Notes: generated by a model not told the origin, from the sequence alone. Counted from the stretch's first letter, positions 1-12,608 are shown. The stretch: DNA of 64,000 nucleotides from Lama glama (GCA_028534125.1 CM052817.1:45386001-45450000); one strand, 5' to 3'. Numbers and translations are program-made.

Positions 1-112
1 TAAAGATGAGAAAACTGAGGCACAGAGAGGTCAAGTCATGTGGCTAATAAGTGGTAGAGTCATGATACGAACAGAGACAGTTCGGCTGTAGAATTCTTGG
101 TCTAATCACTGT
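1..112 (-). mobile_element. MIR SINE fragment
   Basis: MIR core motif gatgagaaaactgaggcacagagagg. Confidence 0.75.
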
Positions 113-249
113 GCTAGGTGGGCTCTGACACTCTGTCAACTTATGTCTGTAAAAATATCCTTAAAACTCACCCATGTACTGTAGGACAAGAGACTTGGTT
201 TGTTAACAATTTTTTTTTCAAGGCAAAATAAATAAAAGAGTTTTGGGGA

Positions 250-660
250 AAATTAAAGATTAAAAGAGATTAAAAAGACATATAAAATAATTACAATATT
301 TGGACTTTACTTGGGTCCTGTTTTAAATAAACAAATCATTAAAAAGAAAACAGTTGGAGAAATGTAAACACTGACTAGGCATTTGATGATATTAAGTGAT
401 TATTGTAGGTGTGATAATAATAAATGGCTTTGTCAAGAAAAAAAAAACCAAAATAGAGTCTTTACTTTTCAGAGACAGATGCTGAACTATTTACAGATTG
501 TATTTTGTCCTGGATTTACTTCAAAATATTCAGAGGATGGGGAGTGAGTGGGGGTATTGATGCAGCAAGATTGTCCATGTTTAATAATTGTTTAATCTGG
601 GTAATGGGTACACTCAAGTTTATTATACTATCCACTTTTGTTTGAAATCTTATAAAAAAT
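250..660 (+). mobile_element. Old L1 (L1MC-like) 3' end
   Basis: Resembles remembered L1MC 3' UTR (tttgatgatattaag...attatactat). Confidence 0.55.
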
Positions 661-1174
661 TTTTTTAAGAAGATCACACTGTATAAATTTTTGTTTTATT
701 CTCTCAGAAACGTCAGAGTCCCACCGACCTACTTCACAAACTGGTGGGAACAGTGACTGCCCACAGGGAGAGGGAGGGTGGGACACTGCTTAGGAGATTC
801 ACCTTCCAGGGTGTCACTGATTGAAGGTGACTTCCAGTGCTGCCCATGTGGCAGACTCCTAGAAGATTCTTCTGGACTGTGCGAGTGCATAAGTATAGGG
901 ATGGATGACTGCGAATGAATCTGGTCCCCAGTGAGCTAGAGAACCAGCTCACAAGATCAGGAACAGAATCTAATTTCTGGGCCAAATATAATGAAAGAGT
1001 GATTCTGTATGTTTCCTAATGAACCAAATTATGCATTTAAAGGCATCTTTATCTATCACAATCATACCAAGGACCAAAATACTACCATACCTTCCCCCCT
1101 TATCCAGCAGACAAATGTGCATAAAGAGATTTATTGACACAAAAATCTTCACTCTGAAGCTATATCCCCACTAC

Positions 1175-1674
1175 NNNNNNNNNNNNNNNNNNNNNNNNNN
1201 NNNNNNNNNNNNNNNNNNNNNNNNNNNNNNNNNNNNNNNNNNNNNNNNNNNNNNNNNNNNNNNNNNNNNNNNNNNNNNNNNNNNNNNNNNNNNNNNNNNN
1301 NNNNNNNNNNNNNNNNNNNNNNNNNNNNNNNNNNNNNNNNNNNNNNNNNNNNNNNNNNNNNNNNNNNNNNNNNNNNNNNNNNNNNNNNNNNNNNNNNNNN
1401 NNNNNNNNNNNNNNNNNNNNNNNNNNNNNNNNNNNNNNNNNNNNNNNNNNNNNNNNNNNNNNNNNNNNNNNNNNNNNNNNNNNNNNNNNNNNNNNNNNNN
1501 NNNNNNNNNNNNNNNNNNNNNNNNNNNNNNNNNNNNNNNNNNNNNNNNNNNNNNNNNNNNNNNNNNNNNNNNNNNNNNNNNNNNNNNNNNNNNNNNNNNN
1601 NNNNNNNNNNNNNNNNNNNNNNNNNNNNNNNNNNNNNNNNNNNNNNNNNNNNNNNNNNNNNNNNNNNNNNNNNN
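1175..1674. other. Assembly gap (500 N)
   Basis: Run of N. Confidence 1.
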
Positions 1675-1704
1675 TTATACATAATGATGAGAATATATAT
1701 CATT

Positions 1705-1880
1705 AGATGAGCTGTGAGACTATGGGCAAGTTATTCAACTTTTCTTGGTTTATTTTCCTTGTCTCTAAAAGAAGAATAATAATAGTACCTACCTCACATT
1801 TTGTGGGGAATTTAAATGAGTTAATAACATCTAAGCACTTTCGATGGAGATTGGCACCTTGTAAATGTTTGCTATCTTTA
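1705..1880 (+). mobile_element. MIR SINE fragment
   Basis: gctgtgagactatgggcaagttattcaac...ataatagtacctacctca...aaatgagttaata. Confidence 0.75.
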
Positions 1881-2873
1881 CTACTAAAAGGTAATGTTCT
1901 GTCTCCAACAAACATTTCTTCTAGAACCTGGATATCTGAAACAAAACAAAGAAAAGGCAGAATATGAGGATTTATGAAAACTGGGAAAAGTTCCAGCAGA
2001 GTATGCAATACTTCTCAGTATCAGTACTTTGAAGTCCTGTTTTTCAGTTCTCTGAGGCACTGAGTCAGTTGGAAAGCTGAATGGGAAGGTTCTCAGATGG
2101 GGATAAAGGGGGTTTTCTTCAGGGTTCTGCCAGGGGAAGAGTCACAGGCAAGCTAACTAAAATCTTTTAACTGTACCTACCCAGACAGTGGTTTCTGTAA
2201 ATCTCAGTAGTTAAGCTCTCAGGGGTTTGAGTGAGTTCTTTGAAATGTGCAGGAGTTACAGGAAGTGGTAGTAATTTAAGACTTGGATCCAACCTTAGCC
2301 AATGTCTCCAGGAGATGATGAGGGACATAGTAACAAGCAACTCCTAGTTTTTCAGAAATGACACGGTTTTGATTTAAATGTGTAGAATGCTGTTAAATTT
2401 TTCATTTTCTCTCCCTCCCTCCCTGCCTGCCTCTTCTCTCTCCCTCCCTCTGCCCCCACTCCACACACAAAGTATATGCTCCCCTCTCTAGAACAAACCA
2501 CTTTTTAACAGTTTGCCATATATCCTTCCATTCCTTTTTCTATATATTTACACACACACATTCAGAAATTTTGTAGGCGGCTTTAAATTTTTTTTTATAT
2601 GAAAGGGATAATGTTTCTAGTTGCCTTCTTAATTATTTCTTTTCACTTAAAATGTGTCTTTTCTTTCTGTCCCAATACATATAATCAACTCCTTTTTTTT
2701 TGAATTCTTGCTTACTGCTGCCTTATATGGGTGCCCCATAGTTTTATCAATTCACTACTTGATGGAATTTGGGTTGCTTTCCATTTTCTGCTCTTACAAA
2801 CAATCCTCCTATAGTTCTCTTTGGGCACATGCAGAGTGCCTCTGCCATAAGGTACATATAAAAATAACTTGCT

Positions 2874-3557
2874 GAATGGCTGAAAATAGACTTCACATAT
2901 GATCCAGCGATCTCACTCCTGAGCATATATCCAGGAGTGGGATTGCTGGATTTAATTAGAAAAGATACATGCACCCCGATGTTCATAGAAGCACGATTTA
3001 CAATAGCCAAGACATGGAAGCAATCTAAATGTCCAATGTCAGATGACTGGATAAAGAAGTTGTGGTATATTTATACAATGGAATACTACTCAGCCATAAA
3101 AAATAATAAAATAATGCCATTTGCAGCAACATGGATGGACCTGGAGAATGTCATTCTAAGTGAAGTAAACCAGAAAGAGAAAGAAAAATACCATATGATA
3201 CCATTTATGTGTGGAATCTAAAAAAAGTCAAATGAACTCATTTATGAAACAGAAACAGACTCACAGACATAGGAAACAAACTTATGGTTACAGGGTGGGA
3301 GTGGATGGAAAGGGATAAATTGGGAGTTCGAGATTTGCAGATACTAAGTATTATATACAAAATAGATAAACAAGTTTATACTGTATAGCACAGGGAACTA
3401 TATTTAATATCTTGTAGTAACCTATAATGAAAAAGAATATGAAAACAAATTAATGTATATGTATGACTGAACTATTATGCTGTACACCAGAAATTGACAC
3501 AGCATTGTAAACTGACTATACTTCAATAAAACAAACAAACAGACAAACAAAGAAAAG
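2874..3557 (+). mobile_element. 5'-truncated young L1 (ORF2 C-terminus plus 3' UTR)
   Basis: Translates to KDTCTPMFIEARFTIAKTWKQ...WYIYTMEYYSAIK. AATAAA and A-rich tail. Perfect 15-bp TSD TAAAAATAACTTGCT at 2859-2873 and 3558-3572. Confidence 0.93.
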
Positions 3558-3664
3558 TAAAAATAACTTGCTAGACCTGGTTTTAGATTTAAATTATAGA
3601 ATACATTTTCATTTCACTCTAAAATTTTCTGTTCCCTATGGGGCCTTGGTGAGTTTGATTCCTT

Positions 3665-3767
3665 AATTTTATTATTATTATTATTTTTAATGGAAGTACT
3701 GGGGATTGAACCCAGGACCTCACACATGCTAAGCTCATGCTCTACCACAGAGCTGTACCCCACCTCC
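3665..3767 (-). mobile_element. tRNA-Ala-derived SINE (camelid Vic-1-like)
   Basis: Reverse complement has A box, B box (GGTTCAATCC) and an (AAT)n tail. Imperfect TSD ttgat(t)cctt. Confidence 0.85.
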
Positions 3768-4944
3768 TTGATCCTTTGGATAGTCACATTTCATTGCTAG
3801 CTAAAACTATTCCTTACCTTTTTAACAAAATATGTCCAGAAAATGGGATGGCCAAGCAAAGGTGAAATGGACATCTCAATAAGGCGTTTCCTACTCTTAA
3901 GACCCACCCACAAGTGTCCTAGTAAGAGTGGTAGCCAAAATATTGTTTTAAATCCTTTGGATTTCAGAGGTAAGTTCCTTCAGCTGTACAGCCTGGCAAC
4001 ACTTCGTAGCATTATAGTCTCCTTCTTTCACAAGCACCAGTACCCTTCATTTTTTGTGAAATTGCATGTTGAGTACACCTGGCTGGCAAGTCTGCAGCTG
4101 ATGCCTGTCTCCACAAGGGGCTCATCCCAGGATTTGTGGTTAGCATCTTGCACAGCCCATATGCTTCACTACCTTTGTTTAATAAAACCCTTCTGTTTTT
4201 CAGAAAGCATGAGGCCCACATTCACTGAGTCAGAGGTGATGTTATTTTTCAACTGTGCAAGCTCTACCACCAGGATTTGGGAAATTTATTATCTGACACA
4301 AATCTGTCGGGGACTCCTTTGCTGTCAACTGACCACAAACCATGGAGCTAAGGTTAATTCCAAGGCTGTTTAGTAAATGACTTGATAACTCTGAGACAGT
4401 GCTACCCAAAGTAGCAAGTCGAGAATAAGTCGCTCATTCTAGAATGTAAATCAACACATTGTTTCATTCATGGAGAAAATCTTGCTATGAAAAAATGATA
4501 AATAAATTAAATAGTGTGCTCGGTGCTGTAGTTGATTTCCATCCTGGGGCAAGCTCCTTAACTTCTACACTGGTCTCTGAACCACATCGTGAGCAGCACT
4601 GTCCGTGGTGCTTGATGAAGTGGAATGTAAAAAACAAGTGAGTGAATGAGACATATCTAAGATAGATTAAATGACCTTTTAGGGTTGACATAGGAAGATG
4701 TGATGAAGTAGAATTCCCTCTTTCAGTGGGACAGTGTTCCTTGCCTGCTTTTGAGATGCCACAGAGAGGGAAGGTTTATTTAAGGCACAAGTAGCGCGCC
4801 TGGCCACTGTTGCCTGTGCTGCTATACAGCCCATCAAGTGCGTTTTCCCATCTTGCCTTGTGCCCTTCCTGTTCTTGTCTTCTTCTCTCATGCTCCTGCC
4901 AGGGATTTAAAGAAAGAAAAACCTTATGTGTATATTTTTAAAAG

Positions 4945-5513
4945 TTTTAATTGAAGTATAGTTGATTTACAATGTTGTGTTAGTTTCCGGTGTACAGCAA
5001 AGTGATTCAGTTGTATATACATTCTTTTTCATATTCTTTTCCATTATGGTTTATAACAGAATATTGAATGCAGTTCCCCATGCTATACAGTAGGACCTTG
5101 TTGTTTATCTATTCTGTATATAGTAGTTTGTATCTGCTAACCCCAAACTCTCAGTTTATCCCTCCCCACTTTCCCCTTTGGTAACCATGTTTGTTTTCTA
5201 TGTCTGTGAGTCTCCTTCTATTTTGCAAATAAGCTCACTTGTATATTTTTTTAGGTTCTACATATAAGTGATATCATATGATATTTGTCTTTCTATTTCT
5301 GACTTACTTCACTTAATATGACAACTTCTAGGTTCATCCATGTTGTTGCAAATGGCATTATTTCATTGTTTTTTTATGGCTGAGTAGTATTTCATTGTAT
5401 GTATGTATCATATCTTCTTTATCCATTCGTGGACATTTAGGTTGCTTCCATGCCTCGGCTATTGTAAACAGTGCTGCTATGAGCATTGGGGTGCATGTAT
5501 CTTTTCTAATTAG
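4945..5513 (-). mobile_element. L1 3' end
   Basis: Homologous in reverse to the L1 at 2874-3557. Confidence 0.88.
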
Positions 5514-6559
5514 AGAGAAAAAAAATACATGGAAAGCTCACTGTATGGTCTATGTTTTACACACAATTAAATACAATTCTTACCACAATAGGGTGAGGAA
5601 AGTATCATTGTCTACTTTGTAAATACTCAGAGAGGTTCAGTAACTTGGCCCAGGTCCCATATGTAATAAACTGGCAGGCTTGGGACTTGGACCTAGGTCT
5701 GTTTAGTTCTCTTTGGTTGGTCTGGTCTCCTACTTTGACATCTGAGGAGGGTGCTGACAGAATCCAGGTCCTGGGACAGAGCCTTAAAAGTGCCCACATT
5801 GACACACTTAAGTTCCATTTTGGAACTCTGAGGCCCCGTTAATTTTATAGTCACCTACTTTAATTGCCACAGTCCTGCCACCTTGTCCACTTCTATGTGT
5901 TTGTGTTATGTACATGTGTGTTCCTGTAGGCTGTGAATGCCCACATCATTTTTGTACCCCTCAAAATAGCTTATGAGGCTTTGAAAGCACACGTCATGGG
6001 TGATTACATTAAATATGCTCATCTATAAACTTCACTTGCCTAAGATAAATATTAAATGAATGAGACAGACACACAAACTTGATGATGTGGTGTGAATTCT
6101 ACTGAGCATGTGTATCTACTAATAAAGCCATGCACAGTGAGGAAAAAGGCATCAGGCAACCCATCCTCCTGAAGTGTACTCCTTGGTATCCCTGGATTAT
6201 GGCTTTTGGAACTTCTTGCTAGTCTCTAAGCTCTCTGAGGGCAGGAACTGGTCTTTTCTTTGTTGGTTCTCTAGTGCCTAGCACATTTCCTGGCATAACA
6301 GTTCCTGGAACTTGAAAAATACATGTGAAATGGTTGGATGTGCTAAATTCTCAGCATTTCCTCTTAAACTGCTGTTACTAGTGCTCACTCTCCACCCCCA
6401 GGTGGTTCTTAGATTAAAAATTGTATCTGTCTTCTGCTCCTGGGTTTCCTGGTCCTGATCTAACATTTTCTTCTTCTGACTCCTCCTTTGCATCAGGCAG
6501 TATTCCATGATCAGAAGTAGAGCCGGGAGGAAGGAGAGGGATGTGGGAGCATGGGCACC

Positions 6560-6740
6560 GTTGTTTCTCCTGAGCACATCTCTAAAGGCCTTTTATTTTA
6601 ACCTGTTGTATCTTTGTATTTAAAGTCACTGCTTGAACACAGCTTATAGTTGAGTCTTCCTTTCCTAACCAGTCTCACAATTCTGTCTTTTAATTGGGGC
6701 GTTTAGGTAATTTTTGTTTAATGTGATTATTGACATACGC
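6560..6740 (-). mobile_element. Old L1 ORF2 endonuclease-start fragment
   Basis: - strand reads MSIITLNKNYLNAPIKRQ, like the L1 ORF2 N-terminus (xxITLNVNGLNxPIKR). Confidence 0.7.
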
Positions 6741-6759
6741 ATTTTAGAGAAACCTTCCT

Positions 6760-6950
6760 GGAGGCAGACTGGAGACAGGGAAACCAAGGAGTCTGTTGCA
6801 GTAATCAAGGTTAAGAAAAAGGGCTTAAACCAAGGCAATGGTCCTGGAGATGGTGTAGGGAGGGGGCTGTATCTGAAAAATGTCAAGAGTATACAATCAA
6901 TAGAAATGGAGTTTGGGCATAGAGTTGTGAGTCATTGGTGTAGGTACTCG
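6760..6950 (-). mobile_element. L2 fragment
   Basis: ggagacagggaaaccaaggagtctgttgcagtaatcaagg...gggcttaaaccaaggcaatgg resembles antisense L2. Confidence 0.6.
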
Positions 6951-7490
6951 GTGGGTTCCACTGTTTGGAAGATATGTATATTACATGATAAATTTATATA
7001 ATTTTTAACTGAGGTATAATTGATATACAGCATTATATTAATTTCAGATGTACAACTATATATATTTATGAATATAAATTTATATATTATCTCTTTCAAA
7101 CACTGGAATCCAGCTAGGTACTTACACTGATGACCCACAAATCTCTGTCCAAATTCTATTTCTATTGATTGTACTGTTGTACTTGAGCTTTTGTTTATTT
7201 ACTTATTTATTACCTTATGTATCAGCCCATCTCCAGTTTCCTATCTTTACCTAGACTATGTTGAATCTAATGTAAATGGTACCAAATATTACAAACCATA
7301 AGAAGTCCCCTACATGCAACAGAACTATCTTTGAAGAATTCATATTTTCATAACTAGAGGAACTTGATAGAACAGTTTTACTGTGGTGTTGGTTGATGTG
7401 TCACTAATTTGACCATTAATGAGAGCATTCTAGAATAACTGTGGGTTAAAGCAAAATGAAGAAGAGTGAGCGCCAGAGAGAGTGCAAGGA

Positions 7491-9200
7491 AGCAGTGGAC
7501 ACTCTTGATGTAACACCCAGAACCCCCTTCAGGAACAAAGGAAGGACTTATTCCTCCAGCTGCTGGGAGTGACAGCCCTAAGCTCACAGCCCTCTTCAGA
7601 TACTGCCTCGGTTGAAGTGAACTGCCTTGCCTAACGGCATTCCCTCTTTCTGGGGCTGCCCACATCCAATGACTGATGAAAGGCTCAGATTCTTTGCCCC
7701 AGCTCAGGGCGATTTTAGAAGACCGTCTGTGTTGGGAGTCCCCAAGAGCACCCCCAGGTTTGATAAGTCACTAGGAGGACTCATAGAATTCAGCATATAG
7801 CTGTACTCATTGCTACATGGCTAGGATTGTCGCAAAACAATACAAAGATAAAGCAAAATCAGTAAAGGGAAATAGGACATGTGCAAACTCTGGAGGTAAA
7901 CAGGTGAAAGCCTCCAGGAGCCCCCTTCAGCCAGCATGGAATTGTGACAACACATACGAAATGCTGTCTACCAGGAAATCTCATTAAAGATTCAGGGCCC
8001 AAGGTTTTACTGGGGGCTGGTTACGTAGGCACTCTTTGCCTAAGATGTTCCCAAATTCCAGACTCCCAGAAGGAGAGCAGATGTTCAGCATAAACCACAT
8101 TGTTTCTACAAATTGTTAAGGCACAGAGAGCCCCTCTTACTAGTTAGGAAATGGTGGGAATCCTCCTGAAATCCAAATTCCCAGATGCCAGCCAAGAGCC
8201 AACCTTGTAAGCAGGACTTTCTAAAGATAGCGGTCTCTATCTTTAGAGACTTACAGGCCTGCTACGTTAATTCCTCTCTTCACACACCCCTGGCTTCAGA
8301 GTTTTCTGTGGGGTTGGCTAAGGTGCTACCTTTACAGAACTTCCAGGTTGTACGAGCAGTGGCCCCCATCGTATCTCCATTTAATTCTCCAGTCTGGTTC
8401 CTGCAAAATTTAGACAGTTGCTGCAGGATGACAGTGGACTAAGGCAAATTCAGCCCAGTAGTAGCCCTGACTACAGCTGTGTGCCAGATGTGGTATCTTG
8501 CCAGAGCCAATTGATGAGGCTATGGGCACGTGGTATGTGACCACTGATCAGGTGGGTGCGTGCTTTTCCACCCGCCTAAAAAGAACAGGTCAGAAACAGT
8601 TCACATTCACACGGAAAGAGCAAAAAGCGATGTGAACAGCCTAAGTTATGTTGTAACTCTCTTGCTTCTGTTGTAACTAAAATAGACCTAGACCAGATAA
8701 ACATTCTACAGAAAAATCACTGTTCACTATATTGACGGATTATGTTAATTGAACGGGATGAGCAAGATGTGGCTAGTAAGTAAATTTGAGGCCTTGATGA
8801 AGTACATGTGCTCCAGAGGCTGAGACAAAAACCATGAAATTCAGGGGTCTGCCACATCAGTAAAATTTGGGGGGAGGAGTATCGAGTGATGAGGGCATGT
8901 TAGGACATCCCCTCTGAAATAACAGACAAATTAGTACAACTTGCATCTCCCACTACGAATAAGGAGGCACAATGCCTATTAAGCCTTTCTGGGTTCTGAA
9001 GGCAGCATATTTCACACCTGAGGGTACTGCTCTCACCTATATACTGGTGACATGAAGGCTGCTAGTTCTGCGTGAGGCCAAAAGCAGGAAAGAGGTCCAT
9101 AGCAGGTCCACACTGTAGTGGAATCAGGTCTGCCACTTGGGTCATCTAACCTAGCAGACTCTATGATATCAGTTATTGGTGGAGGAAAAAATGTGGAATG
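7491..9200 (+). mobile_element. ERVL-class proviral relic: LTR16A-like LTR (~7491-7729, resuming ~8287-8328) plus degraded pol/RT (~8345-9200)
   Basis: Residual translation PIVSPFNSPVWFLQ..RMTVD, HYID at ~8725-8736, QGSATSVKF, ASPTTNKEAQCLLSLSGF*RQHISHL. Many stops and frameshifts. Confidence 0.8.
7730..8284 (-). mobile_element. Solo LTR of the MER21/MER68/MER77 group, nested in the LTR16-like LTR
   Basis: Resembles remembered consensus (gtccccaagaccacccccaggtt...caggcctgctatgttaactc). Flanked on both sides by LTR16-like sequence. Confidence 0.7.
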
Positions 9201-9249
9201 AATTAAAGCAAAACCACTGTATACATACTCTTGATTTTTCTCTGCTCAT

Positions 9250-11764
9250 TTTATTGAATAACTGAATGTATAAAAACCACATAGAGCACATTACTGGAAA
9301 AAATACTTTATTTTTCAAATACATAATGGATTCTTCACTGCTCAATTATTTCTATAATAATTTTATCTTTTTATTAAAACTAAATATATATTAATACATT
9401 TCATCTTTTCTCAAATTAAAGACTATGGTATAATTGTGATTATCTTTAGCAAAGTCTATTTCCAGAGATTCAAAGTTCACATGGAGAAAAACGCCATGAC
9501 AAGTCCTTCATACCTGATTTGATGCTGAGGTTGAACTGGTGGCCTGGTTTGTTTTAGGACCCAGAGGCTATTCCAAGCCTTAACGCAAACTGCAACCCTT
9601 AGGTTGGCCTTGGCTGCTTGAGGAACCTCTGGATGGGGGATGACTGGTTTTGCTCTGCACAGAACAGTTCTTCCTTAGGCTAAGCTGGAATCTCTGGGAA
9701 CAGTGGGCTGAGGTATATACTGTGTTCAGGTATTTGTTTGGGTGGCAGCTGGGGAAGACCCTATTTCTTATGTCAGGTTTCTACTGGTAATCATTTCTTC
9801 ATAAAAATAAAGGGCAAATGGGTAGCTCCAGGTCCTTGATGATACCAATACTTTGCCCACAGCTCTCTCTCTCAATGGTACTAAGACTAACGAGAAAGGG
9901 GACAAGAGCTGAGTTCACTGTGAACACAAGTAGTAAAAGTGACTGTCGCACCTGTGTTGATAGTGGCAGAAACTGGGGATTTACTCTTGGAAAGGTCTTC
10001 TGGGCTTGATTTAGTCTAAGCAGCCAGTAAAGGGCTAGGATTTGGACATACTGTGTTTGGATCGATCTTCTTACTTTTCTTCCCTGTCCACTGACTTTTA
10101 ATTTTTTTGCTCAAAAATAGAGTGAGGGTCATTCTCCATCTCTATCAAAGAATCTCCATAAAACTAAGATCATACACAAACTCCCCATTAGAGTGTCCAT
10201 TATGAATTCAAAATTAAGTAACTAAAATAAATAATGGGTAGCAAATGAGCTTTTTTTTAAGGTAGCAAAAAGATAGAACATCAGTGATTTCTTCTTAGCA
10301 TAATGCTAATCTCTCAAATGTGGGTAAAATACCAGAGGGAAGGTTTGGAATCTTACATAAAAATATGACATGAGCTAAAAGAGAAACTTCTTAAATATAA
10401 AAAATTCAAGTGACCTTATCTTTACCGATATTAATATAACACAAATAAAATTACAATGAATATTTTAGCACAAAATGCAGTTCATTTCTAGTTAACACAT
10501 TGAAATAATTGATATTCAAGTTCTAACTATTATAGTATAGATGTGTGAATGAAGGCCATATATGTACATGTGCTTCAAAGTAGAATTTGGCTTTGGGCTA
10601 GTAATTTTTAATTCTAATCCACAGTGTTCATGACAGTTAATTTAGTAATTTCAGTTGTTTTTGCTAAGAAGTTAGGAAAAAACTTAATGACCTAAAACCT
10701 TCTGACACCTGGATCAATCAGAAAATAACTAAGAGATATTCTTTTGGAAATTCAGTAAGAAGCTATTCTAAAATTGCTGTTTTACTTATCTATTTCTCTA
10801 AATAAAAACTCTTGGATAGTAATCTACCCTCCTAATTAAAGGGAAGTATTACAATCCTTTCTCCAATTCCTACTTTAACTAGAAGAACCACATTATTATT
10901 TTTAATGGGTTCTTCTATATTTTATATTTTTAAAAATGTTAGTAATACTGCTTTCTATAAAATATGAAACAACATTAAAAGTATTAGCTACTACTGGCAT
11001 TTACACCTCTATGATGAAATAATAGTCATGAAACAAAATGTTCAGAAAAACTGTCAGAGTAACTAACCATTTAAAAATCATATTTATGACCCTCCTTAAA
11101 AATCTGTTAAAGCTATGCTGGTTTACATCAAAGTACTCCTAGTGAGCAGAAATGATGTACTGTACCGAAAAACAGAGACCTCACCATGGATCTTCTTAAT
11201 TTGGCTCTGAACAACTTTAAAAGCCAAAAGATCTGCACCATATGCTGTTCTCAAGGTCAGTACTATGGGATGCCTTGTAAAAAGATCTTTTGGTATTATT
11301 GATAACAGAAGCACCTTGGATTGGATCCAAGATGGGCATGTGTTATAAATGAATTCTGCTTTATAGTAAAATACATTTAAAGTACAATTCAACTTAGCCA
11401 AAAATCTGATGTTGCTTAAGTATCCAGTTCTTACTACTACAGCTTAATGTGGCTGATTTGATACCATCTCCTTAGTCCTACAGAATTTTCTTGATCCTTT
11501 AACATCTTACAATGGCGATCTAGCACTAGTGTAGGTCTGTAAAAACATAATTATCACAAGTCACACAAAAACATGACAACTAGCACAAATTTCTGCACAT
11601 CTTCAAAAAAGAAGTCTTTGGATAATAACTCTAATGTATAATGCTGCAGAGGATCCAAAGAATCACTCCAAATGATGGATATTATTTAATGATGGTAAAT
11701 GAGAATTATTTTCTAAAAAGCTGTACCAATGTCAATTTCAGGTAGAACATAACATAAAATCATT
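9250..11764 (-). other. THAP6: Probable THAP6 3' UTR, with candidate AATAAA signals near 9250, 9307 and 9370
   Basis: Repeat-poor AT-rich sequence after the stop codon. A cluster of TTTATT on the + strand precedes the ERVL relic. The true 3' end is not determinable from sequence. Confidence 0.45.
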
Positions 11765-12019
11765 TCATGAAATACAGTCTTGTTCTATGTTTTCCTGATA
11801 ATACTCCCAACAGAAAGCTTCCAGTCTATTTGCTGTTTCTTGGCTGATGAGACACTCATCCTTTAATTCCCTGATTGTCTTCCTCAATGATTTTTGGAAA
11901 CGTTTTTCTCGGTCTAGAACGTTCCGCAGACTTTTCTTGGTATCCTCTAGCTCGCTGATCACATGATCTAATTTATGCTTAAGTTTCTTTGGACTGTCCA
12001 TTACACTGTAACTATGTTC
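11765..12019 (-). CDS. THAP6: THAP6 last coding exon (EHSY HCF-1-binding motif plus coiled coil, ending ...QDCIS*)
   Basis: tttttag acceptor, 255 nt to TGA. Joined CDS 80+208+126+255 = 669 nt = 222 aa. Starts with a D/E-H-x-Y motif. Confidence 0.96.
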   Translation of the reverse strand, partial: EHSYSVMDSPKKLKHKLDHVISELEDTKKSLRNVLDREKRFQKSLRKTIRELKDECLISQETANRLEAFCWEYYQENIEQDCIS

Positions 12020-12546
12020 CTAAAAACATAAACATCAAGTTATTAAACCAAACAGACAAGTAGATAAAAGATTATAAGTAGGCCTCCACAGTTTCTCCAT
12101 TTACTATGCTTAGAGAAGATCTTTAAGTTGGTGATACTAGGGTTTAAAGAACAAAGGAAGAGGAGTGGGTAGAAGCAGTATTCCAGGTGCCTCAGGCCAG
12201 GCCCACATGAGAAGGACAGAATCCTGTGGATGGGAATCCCGTCTCATCTGCAGGTAGGTATCTGCTTATGAACACCATGGCCCTTGCAATGACTACACAG
12301 CTTTCAGTCCCTAAGTGTAAGGCTGCTGAGCTTAAGTATTACCTGTCAAACAAACTTACTTTAAAACTTTTAACTGAATTGCTTTATTTTGATAAATATT
12401 TCACTTTCTATGGGAATGAAAGGAAAGGGACACTGAAGCAGGTCCTCAGGCTGGGTGTTAGGGGATTTAGATGGGCCTCTAGTCTTGGAGTTTTAAAGAG
12501 ATAACAAGCTTTCAATACTTTTTATGGTTATGTTTACATTTGCTGA

Positions 12547-12554
12547 GTGTGTAT

Positions 12555-12585
<31 letters not shown>

Positions 12586-12608
12586 TACACACACATATAT
12601 ATATATAT
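12547..12608. repeat. (CA)n/(TA)n compound microsatellite
   Basis: Seen directly. Confidence 0.95.

Noticed and set aside
1019..1703. Long ORFs 1019-1684 and 1149-1703 (and the similar ones at 47049-47860)
   Set aside because: Length is an artefact of translating through N runs. The only real coding part is L1 ORF2 at 47640-47802.
3843..4373. 176-aa + strand ORF, the longest unexplained ORF
   Set aside because: No recognisable domain, promoter or exon context. Treated as chance.
1..9200. ODAPH (C4orf26), which I recall lying downstream of THAP6 in human
   Set aside because: I found no signal-peptide exon resembling it on the - strand. It probably lies outside the window or in the gap.
8345..9200. 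Functional or domesticated reverse transcriptase
   Set aside because: Multiple stops and frameshifts, including at the YIDD-equivalent motif.
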